DNA from: Patescibacteria group bacterium
Lineage (GTDB): Bacteria > Patescibacteriota > Patescibacteriia > JACQRZ01
NCBI GenBank assembly: GCA_038065255.1
Contig: JBBTRI010000010.1
Location: forward strand, 59,762 to 123,761
DNA length: 64,000 nt
Direction of reading: 5' to 3'
Numbering within the stretch: the stretch's first letter is position 1; each line of letters starts with the position of its first letter. Under the pieces are notes generated by a model. It was not told where the DNA came from. It did not search any database and was given only the letters and a program-made list of their open reading frames with translations. Below are positions 32,262-41,366 of the stretch, in pieces. Both the position numbers and the translations under genes were made by a program.

Positions 32262-33373
32262 ATATTTTCAAATACGCGTACTGTTTGCCGTGCCGTCTCA
32301 TCCCATCGATACCGCGCCGCACGATCCTTCCCCTGCTGCATAAGATGCTTCCTTACAGCCTCATTAGTGTAAAGCGTACAGAGTCCTTCCGAAAGATCTG
32401 CAATATTACAGGGATCACACAACCACGCTCCTGAACCGCTGATTTCCGGTATACTCGAATGCGCACCCGCTATAACAGGTACTCCTGCAAGAAAGGCTTC
32501 AAGCGGAGGCAGACCGAAACCTTCGTAGATGCTTGGATATGCGCATACGCGAGCTGAGCAGAGCAAAGCAAATCGACGTTCGCGAGGCATATAGGGGACA
32601 CAGCGAACCCACTGGCTTATCCGGAGCTTCTGTATAGCTACTTGTATCCGTTTCGGTAGAGTGGACACACCCGCAAGTACAAGATAGGCGCTTTGTAGTT
32701 CTTCATTGAGAGTGCGTGCACGGGCAAATGCTTCGATCAATGATTCGATATTTTTTCTGCCTTCTTGCGGACAAAAAGCAAGAATAATCGGAAGTGCTTC
32801 ACAATAACTAGTATGGGATTGAAATTGATCTTCAACGCCAAGATGAACAACGCTCACGTTCTTCGGTGAAATGCGATAAGTCGAGACAATATCTTGTTTG
32901 GTGTGTTCAGAAACAGTAATAATTCCCTTACAGAGCTTTATGAGCCTCTCAGGGTCGAGAGCGCTGTGCCACCACCTACCTTTCAATGACTGTCTGTCCC
33001 GATAATGGATGTAGTTCAAATCATGGATTGTCACAATAACACGTGCGCGTGAAGAAAATGCTGCAAAGTTCATGTTTGGCATAAAAAAAAGGTCTATGCG
33101 TCTGCCGGTATTTTTTTCAAGATACTCATCAAGTTTAGGATAATGTGCAACCATAAGGGAAGTATTAAATAGTTTTGAAGGTATATGCGTATGAACAATC
33201 TGAAGATTCGCGCTCTCACTGAACGGGTGTGCAAACGAAGTACTGGCATTAAAAAATAAAATATAGGAATGCTGTGTGTACTGAGTAAACAACCGGCTCA
33301 AAAGCTGGTAGGTATAGACATCGATACCTCCCCTTGCTCCCTGCAACGATCTGCCGTCAATAGCGATTGTCAT
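32252..33373 (-). CDS. Glycosyltransferase family 4
   Basis: IAIDGR, TIHDL, RKN, YPSIYEGFGLPPLEA. Confidence 0.92.
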   Translation of the reverse strand: MTIAIDGRSLQGARGGIDVYTYQLLSRLFTQYTQHSYILFFNASTSFAHPFSESANLQIVHTHIPSKLFNTSLMVAHYPKLDEYLEKNTGRRIDLFFMPNMNFAAFSSRARVIVTIHDLNYIHYRDRQSLKGRWWHSALDPERLIKLCKGIITVSEHTKQDIVSTYRISPKNVSVVHLGVEDQFQSHTSYCEALPIILAFCPQEGRKNIESLIEAFARARTLNEELQSAYLVLAGVSTLPKRIQVAIQKLRISQWVRCVPYMPRERRFALLCSARVCAYPSIYEGFGLPPLEAFLAGVPVIAGAHSSIPEISGSGAWLCDPCNIADLSEGLCTLYTNEAVRKHLMQQGKDRAARYRWDETARQTVRVFENICA

Positions 33374-33379
33374 ACTGCA

Positions 33380-34273
33380 TTAATCGTTAAGCGTATAGTA
33401 TAAGCGATTATCAAAACGAACATCAACTTTCTTGAGTTTTGATCGCTTTTTTTTGATTGAAGACGAGAGGAGAGTTGAAGCATTTTTCAGTTGTGCATAT
33501 ACATCCCTGTCAAGCATCATATGAAGCTCCCATCCTTCCTGTGTAACCATAGCAATCGATGGATCACCTCGTGTATAGAGCGTATAGGCACTGTCAATGC
33601 CACTTTTTTTTGCACTATCTCTCAGTACCATAAGCGTCTGAAGAACATCTTGATCAATAACAGAAAGACCCTCATGGGCATCTTGCTGGGTAGCATCAAC
33701 AATAAGGGGTGGTACTACTGGTCGTTTCTGAATATGTTGACCAACGAGTACACTATCTTTCCCATAGTGCTTTCGTAAGAGGTCCAGAGGCAGTGATGCA
33801 ATAGTCGTTTGATCAGTAGGCCCAATAATAGCACCATTACTCCCAATCATCCATACTCCGCCCTTACTATACCAAAGCAATTGAAATTTCTTGCCTTCGA
33901 GTGTAATGCGAATAGTTCGTGGATACGATTTTTGAATATGAAGAGTATCTACAAGAACACTGTTTGAAATTACTGATGAAGCTTTGTCGGTATTGAAAAA
34001 GAAAATATTACGCTGAGAAAAAAATCTAAACGCAGAATCATCAAGCTGGCGATACAAATCAGAACGAAGTTCATTAATATCCAAAGATTCAGGCGCTATA
34101 ATATCAATGGCTTGGATAGAAAAAAGGTTTGAAAAAAATATTCCGTATACAATAAAACCAATCACCGCCAAAATACTTGCAGTAATACTTACAAATCGAG
34201 TTTTTTTAAAAAACATTTGCATCCTGCCATGCCTTTTTCGGCTAAGGCGTTGATGGGCACTAGGTGCTGGCAC
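33380..34273 (-). CDS. FtsQ/DivIB-like cell division protein
   Basis: Basic N-terminus, one transmembrane helix, POTRA-like KSYPRTIRI, C-terminal VDVRFDNRLYY. Confidence 0.7.
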   Translation of the reverse strand: MPAPSAHQRLSRKRHGRMQMFFKKTRFVSITASILAVIGFIVYGIFFSNLFSIQAIDIIAPESLDINELRSDLYRQLDDSAFRFFSQRNIFFFNTDKASSVISNSVLVDTLHIQKSYPRTIRITLEGKKFQLLWYSKGGVWMIGSNGAIIGPTDQTTIASLPLDLLRKHYGKDSVLVGQHIQKRPVVPPLIVDATQQDAHEGLSVIDQDVLQTLMVLRDSAKKSGIDSAYTLYTRGDPSIAMVTQEGWELHMMLDRDVYAQLKNASTLLSSSIKKKRSKLKKVDVRFDNRLYYTLND

Positions 34274-34709
34274 AAAATGCTTTCTTTATGAGCGATGATT
34301 TATACCTCGTACCGCGGAATGCTCGAGCACGAACTATTGCATGCACGGATATATGCATACGTTCGAGCTGCTCCGAAAGTTTTTTGTTGGTAATATCCTG
34401 ATCATATCCAAGACACACAATCTCGGGACGCACTCGGTCTATTATTTTGCAATGATGAATTTTATCACCAAGTATTGCCTGATCAACACACCCCAAGGAT
34501 CCAACGATCGCAAGTCTTTCTTGTTCATTAAAAATAGGTTTTCTACCCTTTAGCGTTATTACTGTTTTGTCTCGCGCAATAACAACAACAAGTTTTTTTC
34601 CCAGACGTTTTGCCTGTTGCAAATACGAAATGTGCCCGGGGTGGATGATATCAAAGGTGCCGAATGCCATAACAGTGGCATTCTGAGAGTTGTAGTGTGT
34701 GCGCTTCAT
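34260..34709 (-). CDS. Cytidylyltransferase-family nucleotidyltransferase (RibL-type FAD synthase-like)
   Basis: FGTFDIIHPGH, VIARD, LGYDQ, KSS. Confidence 0.8.
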   Translation of the reverse strand: MKRTHYNSQNATVMAFGTFDIIHPGHISYLQQAKRLGKKLVVVIARDKTVITLKGRKPIFNEQERLAIVGSLGCVDQAILGDKIHHCKIIDRVRPEIVCLGYDQDITNKKLSEQLERMHISVHAIVRARAFRGTRYKSSLIKKAFCAST

Positions 34710-36181
34710 TGTGCCTTTGGTCGAAGAGTAGGAAAAAGAATAACTTCTTTCAGGCTTGCTGAATTTGTAAGAAGAGCTGTCAGACGATCTATTCCCATGC
34801 CGAAGCCAGCAGTGGGCGGCATACCATATTCGAGCGCATTCACAAAGTCATAATCAGTGCCATGTGTTTCTTCATCTCCCATCTCACGATTCATTGCTTG
34901 CACCTCAAAACGTTCTCGCTGATCAAGGGGATCATTTAACTCACTGAATGCATTGACTACTTCCATACCGGCAATGATCAGCTGAAATCGCTCCGTAAGA
35001 TTTGGGTTATCGGCTTTCTTCTTCGCTAGAGGAGAAAGTTCTATGGGGTAATCAACGATAAATGTCGGCTGAACAATAGAGCTTCGCACAAAGGATTTAA
35101 AAAGTTCATCAAGTATACTTGCTTTTGTAGGGTATGTTGCACAGTCGATGTTTCGGTCTGACGCTTCACGTCTGAGATCTTCCAGTGAAGTATGTCGATC
35201 AATATCGATATGTGCATAATCCAAAAGCGCATCTCGAAACGAAAGCTTTTCGAATGGCTGTCCAAACACAAGCTTTACATCTTTATAGATACAGGAGTCA
35301 GAATCATGCATAGCTCGAACAACAGAGAGTAGTAATGCTTCAATAAAAGACATGAGAAAATGATAATCCACATACGCGCAATATGCTTCAATCTGGGTAA
35401 ATTCAGGATTATGAGCGTGATCAATGCCTTCATTGCGAAAACAGCGAGCAAATTCATACACACGCTCGTATCCTCCAATAATGAGGCGCTTGAGATACAA
35501 CTCAGGCGCAACCCGAAGATACATATCCATATCCAGAGCATTATGATGGGTAACAAACGGCTTTGCCGCTGCACCCCCTGCAAGTGGCTGCAAGATTGGT
35601 GTTTCTACTTCGAAAAAACCATGCTCTTCAAAATACCGACGAATCGTTCGCATGAGGCAACTTCTTTTTTGGAAAATATCCTTTACGTCCTGATTTGCTA
35701 TAAGATCAAGGTACCTCTGTCGATACCGCGTTTCAATATCGCTCAAACCATGCCATTGCTCAGGCAAGGGAAGCAATGCCTTTGAAATAATGCTTAATGC
35801 CGTTGCATGAATGGTCATTTCTCCTGTTTTTGTCTGAAAGAGCGTGCCTTCAATCTGTACATGATCTCCTATGTCCAGTAAATCTTTTACAATTGCGTAA
35901 CATTTATCCCCAACATCATCTTTTTTTACATACGCCTGTAGGCGATCGGTTTCATCCTGTACAGATATAAATGCTGATCCACCATGCCGCCTTAGATTGC
36001 GAATTCTTCCAACAATATGTATACTCTCGTGTGAACTGGAGAGCTCATCAAAAAAGAGACGTGCCTCGTGGCATGTTTTAGTTCTTTGAACCGTTGACGG
36101 GTAGGGATCCAAACCTAATGTACGAATTGTATGGGCTTTTGCTATGCGTACGCTTCTCTCATCAATGTCACTCATATTCAT
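34706..36181 (-). CDS. lysS: Lysine-tRNA ligase (class II)
   Basis: RYRQRYLDL, FRNEGID, HNPEFT, YGMPPTAGFGMGIDR. Confidence 0.98.
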   Translation of the reverse strand: MNMSDIDERSVRIAKAHTIRTLGLDPYPSTVQRTKTCHEARLFFDELSSSHESIHIVGRIRNLRRHGGSAFISVQDETDRLQAYVKKDDVGDKCYAIVKDLLDIGDHVQIEGTLFQTKTGEMTIHATALSIISKALLPLPEQWHGLSDIETRYRQRYLDLIANQDVKDIFQKRSCLMRTIRRYFEEHGFFEVETPILQPLAGGAAAKPFVTHHNALDMDMYLRVAPELYLKRLIIGGYERVYEFARCFRNEGIDHAHNPEFTQIEAYCAYVDYHFLMSFIEALLLSVVRAMHDSDSCIYKDVKLVFGQPFEKLSFRDALLDYAHIDIDRHTSLEDLRREASDRNIDCATYPTKASILDELFKSFVRSSIVQPTFIVDYPIELSPLAKKKADNPNLTERFQLIIAGMEVVNAFSELNDPLDQRERFEVQAMNREMGDEETHGTDYDFVNALEYGMPPTAGFGMGIDRLTALLTNSASLKEVILFPTLRPKAQ

Positions 36182-36300
36182 TAAGAATTCATTATGTATA
36201 CCCTAGAGAATAACCGAAAAAAGCCATACCGTAAAGCCCCTGAATAACCATAAGGTACTCAGGGACAGCTAGAGAGTAGTACGCGTGCCTTATTGTTTTG

Positions 36301-36759
36301 CTATTTGATTTCAATAATGCGGTATTCCATCATTCCCCGAGGAGTACCAACAGCAACGTTATCTCCCTTTTGCTTTTCCAAAAAAGCCCTCCCCATTGGG
36401 GATTCATAGGAAATCTTTGCGAGGCTTGGATTTGTTTCCTCTGTACCGACAATCATATATTCAAAGCGTTTTTTATCGCTTGATTCAACTACTACCGTAG
36501 AACCGATACGTACATGAGAATGATCCTTGGATTGCTCAACAACTGCAATATCTTTCATCAGAGCCTTAAGTGTTCCAATACGAGCAACCAAAAGCCCCTG
36601 TTCTTCTTTTGCAGAAGAATATTCAGAATTTTCTTTTAAGTCTCCGAGTTCGCGAGCTGCAGCAATACGCTCGATGACCTGCTGCATTGCAACGTTCTCT
36701 AAATATTCAATTTCTTCCTTTATTTTTTTTAAACCTTCCTGCGTAACAAAATGTGGCAT
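36301..36759 (-). CDS. greA: Transcription elongation factor GreA
   Basis: GDLKENSEY, ISYESPMG. Confidence 0.96.
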   Translation of the reverse strand: MPHFVTQEGLKKIKEEIEYLENVAMQQVIERIAAARELGDLKENSEYSSAKEEQGLLVARIGTLKALMKDIAVVEQSKDHSHVRIGSTVVVESSDKKRFEYMIVGTEETNPSLAKISYESPMGRAFLEKQKGDNVAVGTPRGMMEYRIIEIK

Positions 36760-36805
36760 AGAACAATTCCCTTTCGTAGATAACTGTATTACGAATATGA
36801 ACGCT

Positions 36806-36834
36806 AGTATACCTATTTTCTAGCAAGTCGTCAA
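36806..36834 (-). promoter_or_regulatory. sigma70-type promoter for greA
   Basis: Minus strand TTGACG-17 nt-TATACT. Confidence 0.65.
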
Positions 36835-36864
36835 TACCATATTTGTCAACAGTAAAACTAACAA

Positions 36865-38811
36865 TTATTTATTACTTAATTTTTTATATTCCCTAAAATA
36901 CCAATTCAACAAATCACTTGCAACACTCATTGCCGTCCTACTCCCCTCCTCTCCTTCTTCAATAAGAACTGTCAGTACAAGTTCTGGTTTCTCGTAGGGT
37001 GCCCAACCGGTAAACCACGCGTGAGGAGGTTTTGTAGATGACCACTGTGCCGTTCCTGTTTTTCCTGCTGCATCAACCGGCAATGATAGGAGTCTGCGTG
37101 AGCTTCCAGCAAGCACGCCCGCACGCAATCCTTCGCGTACCGTTGCCACAACATCACTCCCAACAATATCTTTTTTATGTATTATCGGTTGAACAGTATC
37201 ATATTCAGTGCTCGATTCTTTTTGTGCAATAGATTGAACGATGTGCGGATGATAACTAACGCCTTTTTGTGCAAAGTACGCAGTATATGCATTCACTTGA
37301 AAGGGCGTAACAAGCACATCTCCCTGCCCTATTGAGATATGGTAGGTATCACCGATATACCACGGCTCATGCCGTACGTCATTTTTCCATTCTGGCGTGG
37401 GCAAAAAACCGCTTCGCTCTTCTTGAAAATCAACATGCGTTTGTTCTCCTATGCCGAATCGCCTGAAATAGTCCACAAGCAAATCCACACCAAGGCCCTT
37501 TTGCCGCTGATACCCACCTCCAATGCTATAAAAATAGGTGTTAACCGATTCTGCTAACGCCTTAATAACATTCGTTTTTCCATGCCCTCCCGCCTTCCAG
37601 TCCGGAAAGAACCATGCTCCATACCGAATGCCGCCGCTACTCAGCACAGTGGTAGCTTTTGTGACAATATGTTCCTGAAGCGCAGCGGCTGCTACAAGCA
37701 TTTTAATCGTTGAACCGGATGGATATTCGCCTCCTGTTCCTCTGTTCAGCAGCGGCCGCTCCTTGTCATCAAGAAGTGATTGGTATTCCTGAGATCTGAT
37801 GCCGTTTGCGAACATATTACTATCATAGGAGGGCAGACTGACATATGCCCGTATCTGGCCGCCGGAAGGATCGGTTGCAATCAGAACTCCCCTTTTCTTA
37901 TTGAACTTCTTAAGCACGGCTCCAAGAATTTCTTCTGCCTTTTTTTGCACCTCCCAATCAAATGTAAGTACAATATTCCTTCCCTGCTTCCCTGGCCGCT
38001 CAGAAAGTATTCCTTTTTCATGTCCAAGCGCATCTACCTCTACCTCCCTCTTTCCCGCAATTCCTCTCAGCGCATCCTCATAGGAAAGTTCTAATCCGAT
38101 TTTGCCAATAGTATCAGTTAGTGTGTACGCATCTTTTACTTCTTGAAGTTCATCGTCACTAATTCTTCCCGTATATCCTATAATATGTGAAATGCTTTTT
38201 TCTGGCGTCATTTCATACAATCTGCGTTCAGATACAACTAGTTCAATACCCGATGCCCCTTGAAGAGATGCTTCGAGCTTGAGTGCTGTTTCATAGGATA
38301 TATGATCTACAATAAGGAATGGCTGATAACGGTCATGCCGAGCTATTTCCTGCTCTATGTTCTGCACCGGTATTCCTAGAGTAGATGAAAGTGTTGCAAA
38401 AAGAGCTGAGCGGACATCAGACTGAGTATCCAGATCAATAGGAGTTAGGGCAACAGCGAAATCGGGTATATTTCGGACAAGTACCCTTCCTTTCAAATCA
38501 AACAATATGCCGCGATGCGCCTGTGTTGTAATAACTCGGGTTTTGTTGCGCTCAGCAAGAAGAGCAAAATCATTCCCTTTGAAAAGCTGAAAGTACGCGC
38601 TTCGTGCAGCAAACAAAAGAATAACAGCAACGAAACATGCGAATAGCAAATTCAGTCGGCGATCAGTAATAGTCCTCCCCATGAACTCTGCCGCATGTGA
38701 TTGCCCTTCAATAAAAGAAGATTCAACCCACTCATACGGATTGCCATACTTTACCGATATCTCCTCCCCCTCATCCAGCTCTGGAATAAACGGCAGCTGT
38801 GATTTTTTCAT
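36865..38811 (-). CDS. mrdA: Penicillin-binding protein 2
   Basis: GSTIK (SxxK), SVN (SxN), KTGT and a dimerisation domain. Confidence 0.93.
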   Translation of the reverse strand: MKKSQLPFIPELDEGEEISVKYGNPYEWVESSFIEGQSHAAEFMGRTITDRRLNLLFACFVAVILLFAARSAYFQLFKGNDFALLAERNKTRVITTQAHRGILFDLKGRVLVRNIPDFAVALTPIDLDTQSDVRSALFATLSSTLGIPVQNIEQEIARHDRYQPFLIVDHISYETALKLEASLQGASGIELVVSERRLYEMTPEKSISHIIGYTGRISDDELQEVKDAYTLTDTIGKIGLELSYEDALRGIAGKREVEVDALGHEKGILSERPGKQGRNIVLTFDWEVQKKAEEILGAVLKKFNKKRGVLIATDPSGGQIRAYVSLPSYDSNMFANGIRSQEYQSLLDDKERPLLNRGTGGEYPSGSTIKMLVAAAALQEHIVTKATTVLSSGGIRYGAWFFPDWKAGGHGKTNVIKALAESVNTYFYSIGGGYQRQKGLGVDLLVDYFRRFGIGEQTHVDFQEERSGFLPTPEWKNDVRHEPWYIGDTYHISIGQGDVLVTPFQVNAYTAYFAQKGVSYHPHIVQSIAQKESSTEYDTVQPIIHKKDIVGSDVVATVREGLRAGVLAGSSRRLLSLPVDAAGKTGTAQWSSTKPPHAWFTGWAPYEKPELVLTVLIEEGEEGSRTAMSVASDLLNWYFREYKKLSNK

Positions 38812-39311
38812 ACACGGTCAATGGTCATACCATAACGTCTCACATAGTGTAGTCTGCCAATGATGACATATCCAATAGATGCAACAGAATAAACGACAAG
38901 CAAACTCAAAACTGATTCGATAGCATCAGTACGCGATGGCACGGCAAAGCCATATGTGGGAATACTATAGCTAATAAGTGCTAATAGTAGTGGTGTGAGG
39001 GAAAGATTGATAATCAATATGCTCCAAGTATTTCCTGTAAACCCTAAAAATGACCGATGGGTAATAATAGTATTGATCAATACAATACCTACTAGGCATT
39101 CAATGCCATAGAGCACCAGATGAAAACCAAAAAGTGGAAAAAATAAATCACGCAGAAAACCACTGATAAGCGCATAGGTGATAGCCTCTTCCTCGGAGAA
39201 AAAAAACACAACAAGCACAAGTCCAATCACAAGTATGTCCACTGTTGGTATGAGTGTAATCTGAAGTGCAAGAAGAATAGCGCTTGCGCCGAGCAGCCAA
39301 AGATACTTCAT
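38808..39311 (-). CDS. MreD-like membrane protein
   Basis: Hydrophobic, GFLRDL motif, overlaps the mrdA start. Confidence 0.6.
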   Translation of the reverse strand: MKYLWLLGASAILLALQITLIPTVDILVIGLVLVVFFFSEEEAITYALISGFLRDLFFPLFGFHLVLYGIECLVGIVLINTIITHRSFLGFTGNTWSILIINLSLTPLLLALISYSIPTYGFAVPSRTDAIESVLSLLVVYSVASIGYVIIGRLHYVRRYGMTIDRV

Positions 39312-39329
39312 GACAATAGAGCTAGTAAA

Positions 39330-39608
39330 TTAACGAAGGTAGCTTGAGAACTTTGAAACCATCATTTTCTTGAGCGCATCAAGACCCTTAGAAAACGCCT
39401 CGCGCCCACTTTTTTCAAGTTGCATCTTATCACCAACAATTGACTGGTCAATTTCTACGCTGAGTACATTTTGATTACCGTCGAGCGTTACTTTGAATGA
39501 GTTATTATTGGATGCGCCTGTCACCTTCTCCTTTGCCAATAGTGCTTGGAGCTGGGTAGCCTGTTTACGCATCTCGTACATGTCTTTCATTTTATCGAGG
39601 ATTGACAT
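39330..39608 (-). CDS. YbaB/EbfC family nucleoid-associated protein
   Basis: KQATQLQ and VTLDGNQNVLSVEID pattern; typical size. Confidence 0.85.
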   Translation of the reverse strand: MSILDKMKDMYEMRKQATQLQALLAKEKVTGASNNNSFKVTLDGNQNVLSVEIDQSIVGDKMQLEKSGREAFSKGLDALKKMMVSKFSSYLR

Positions 39609-39620
39609 AGAAAGTGAAAG

Positions 39621-40253
39621 TTATCTATCAAATTGAATGAGGGGACATTTTATATGGTTATGTTTTTTAGCAGTACAGTATGCTCGGCCGTATTCAATAA
39701 GGAGATACGTCAGCTTAAACCATTGCTTGCGAGAAAATAACGCCATCAAGTCCTGCTCTATCTTATTAGGATCCTGATGTTTTGACAAGCCCAGGCGATT
39801 CGCAAGGCGCTTAACATGCGTATCCACTGCAATACCCTCCACAACGGCATAGGCATTACCCAGCACCACGTTTGCCGTCTTGCGAGCAACTCCGGGGATA
39901 GTAAGTATTTCTCTCATCGTTCGTGGAAGTCTGCCATGAAACTTCGTCTTTAGCATGTTTGCTGCTGCAAGAATATTTTTTGTCTTGTTACGATAAAATC
40001 CTGTTGAGAAAATATCCTTTTCAAACTCCTTTGGCTTTGCACCTAGATAATCACCAAGTGTTTTGTATTTCTTAAAGAGCTTAGCCGTCACCTCATTTAC
40101 CTTTTTGTCAGTACATTGTGCAGATAGCATAACAGCAACCAAAAGCTCCCAGTTATTGGAGTACTTCAGTATCATCCCAGCATGAGGAAAGAGTTTTTTA
40201 AGCTTACGAAAGATTTCTTGCGCCTGCTGTTTGTCATGGACAGATGGAAGCAT
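39621..40253 (-). CDS. nth: Endonuclease III (HhH-GPD glycosylase) with non-canonical C-terminal metal motif
   Basis: LSAQCTD, PGVARKTANVV, VDTHV. Start set at ATG 40253. Confidence 0.92.
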   Translation of the reverse strand: MLPSVHDKQQAQEIFRKLKKLFPHAGMILKYSNNWELLVAVMLSAQCTDKKVNEVTAKLFKKYKTLGDYLGAKPKEFEKDIFSTGFYRNKTKNILAAANMLKTKFHGRLPRTMREILTIPGVARKTANVVLGNAYAVVEGIAVDTHVKRLANRLGLSKHQDPNKIEQDLMALFSRKQWFKLTYLLIEYGRAYCTAKKHNHIKCPLIQFDR

Positions 40254-40269
40254 AATCAACACTTGCAGC

Positions 40270-41352
40270 CTAAAAGTCCTCTTTGCCGGCATCACCATGA
40301 TCAGCATCGATATATTCTCGTACTTTTATGCCTTTTACCCGTGCTTTTTCCCTATTTGTTTGATCAAGGAATATAAGCTGCCCTCCTCTATCAAGGCCTT
40401 CTTTGAACGTTCCCGCAATATCATCAACATACGATTGATTTGCCTGGTATGCCTTTGTGCTAGAAAATGCTTCACGACCCCAACGATTGCACCATTGATA
40501 AAATGCTTCAACAGCACTCATTACCTTGTCTTTTGAAGGCGTCCTACCATCCATTGGCCGTACCATAAGATGTTCAGGAACTTCCCCGGCGCCTTTCTTC
40601 GGTAAGCCGGTTTTTTTAACAAAGTCTAATGCGGGTTGAACATATTTCAACTCTGTATATTTCTGTTTATCACCGCTTTCGATATATGCTCGTTTCCAGC
40701 CTAACTTATTCCAAAATTTTTCAGATGTATACGTACACTCCCCTGCAGCTAATGCAAATTTCTTTCCAAGTTTTTCTGCTTCAGCAGCACAATCCATAAG
40801 TGCCGATATATACGCCTCTCGCGCCAAGCCAGACTGTTTTACTTCTTTATCAGTAACTGCATAGGCTATCATAAGCATTGTTTCCCCTGTCGGATTGCCA
40901 TGTTCATCTTTAAGATCAAGATTGCCGCCTGCAACCGTACATACAACCTTACCCTCGGGATCACGTACGGCAAACACTTTATATTTTACTTGACTTGGAA
41001 CACCAAACTCTACGCCCGATACAGCTTGCCGTAAAATTTCCTCCGGATCTACCTCTTCCTCGCCAAATGTCCGAATAAATAAATCCTGAACTTCAGACAG
41101 AGTAGGGCTTTCTCCTGATTCTACATGCTCGATTTGATACTTCTTGCCTTCAAAATCAAGCGTACATGAAGGTGAATCATTATTTGATCGTGTAAATTTA
41201 CTCATGCCTCGCAACTTCTCAATATCCTTCCATGCGGGTTGATTGCTCTGCGATTCTGCCGTGCATGGCTGACAGAATGAAACAACGGGCACACCATGGG
41301 GACAGCTTCCCTGCCAATCGCGCTGCATGCTGTCTGGAGATGTCTCTATCAT
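40270..41352 (-). CDS. GNAT-fold N-acetyltransferase-like protein
   Basis: AVTDKEVKQSGLA (motif A), FWNKLGW. Start set at ATG 41352. Confidence 0.7.
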   Translation of the reverse strand: MIETSPDSMQRDWQGSCPHGVPVVSFCQPCTAESQSNQPAWKDIEKLRGMSKFTRSNNDSPSCTLDFEGKKYQIEHVESGESPTLSEVQDLFIRTFGEEEVDPEEILRQAVSGVEFGVPSQVKYKVFAVRDPEGKVVCTVAGGNLDLKDEHGNPTGETMLMIAYAVTDKEVKQSGLAREAYISALMDCAAEAEKLGKKFALAAGECTYTSEKFWNKLGWKRAYIESGDKQKYTELKYVQPALDFVKKTGLPKKGAGEVPEHLMVRPMDGRTPSKDKVMSAVEAFYQWCNRWGREAFSSTKAYQANQSYVDDIAGTFKEGLDRGGQLIFLDQTNREKARVKGIKVREYIDADHGDAGKEDF

Positions 41353-41366
41353 AGAGTAACTTATTA

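Noticed and set aside
36235-36265. Hairpin between greA and lysS as a riboswitch or T-box
   Set aside because: It is a single imperfect stem with no recognisable lysine riboswitch or T-box motif.
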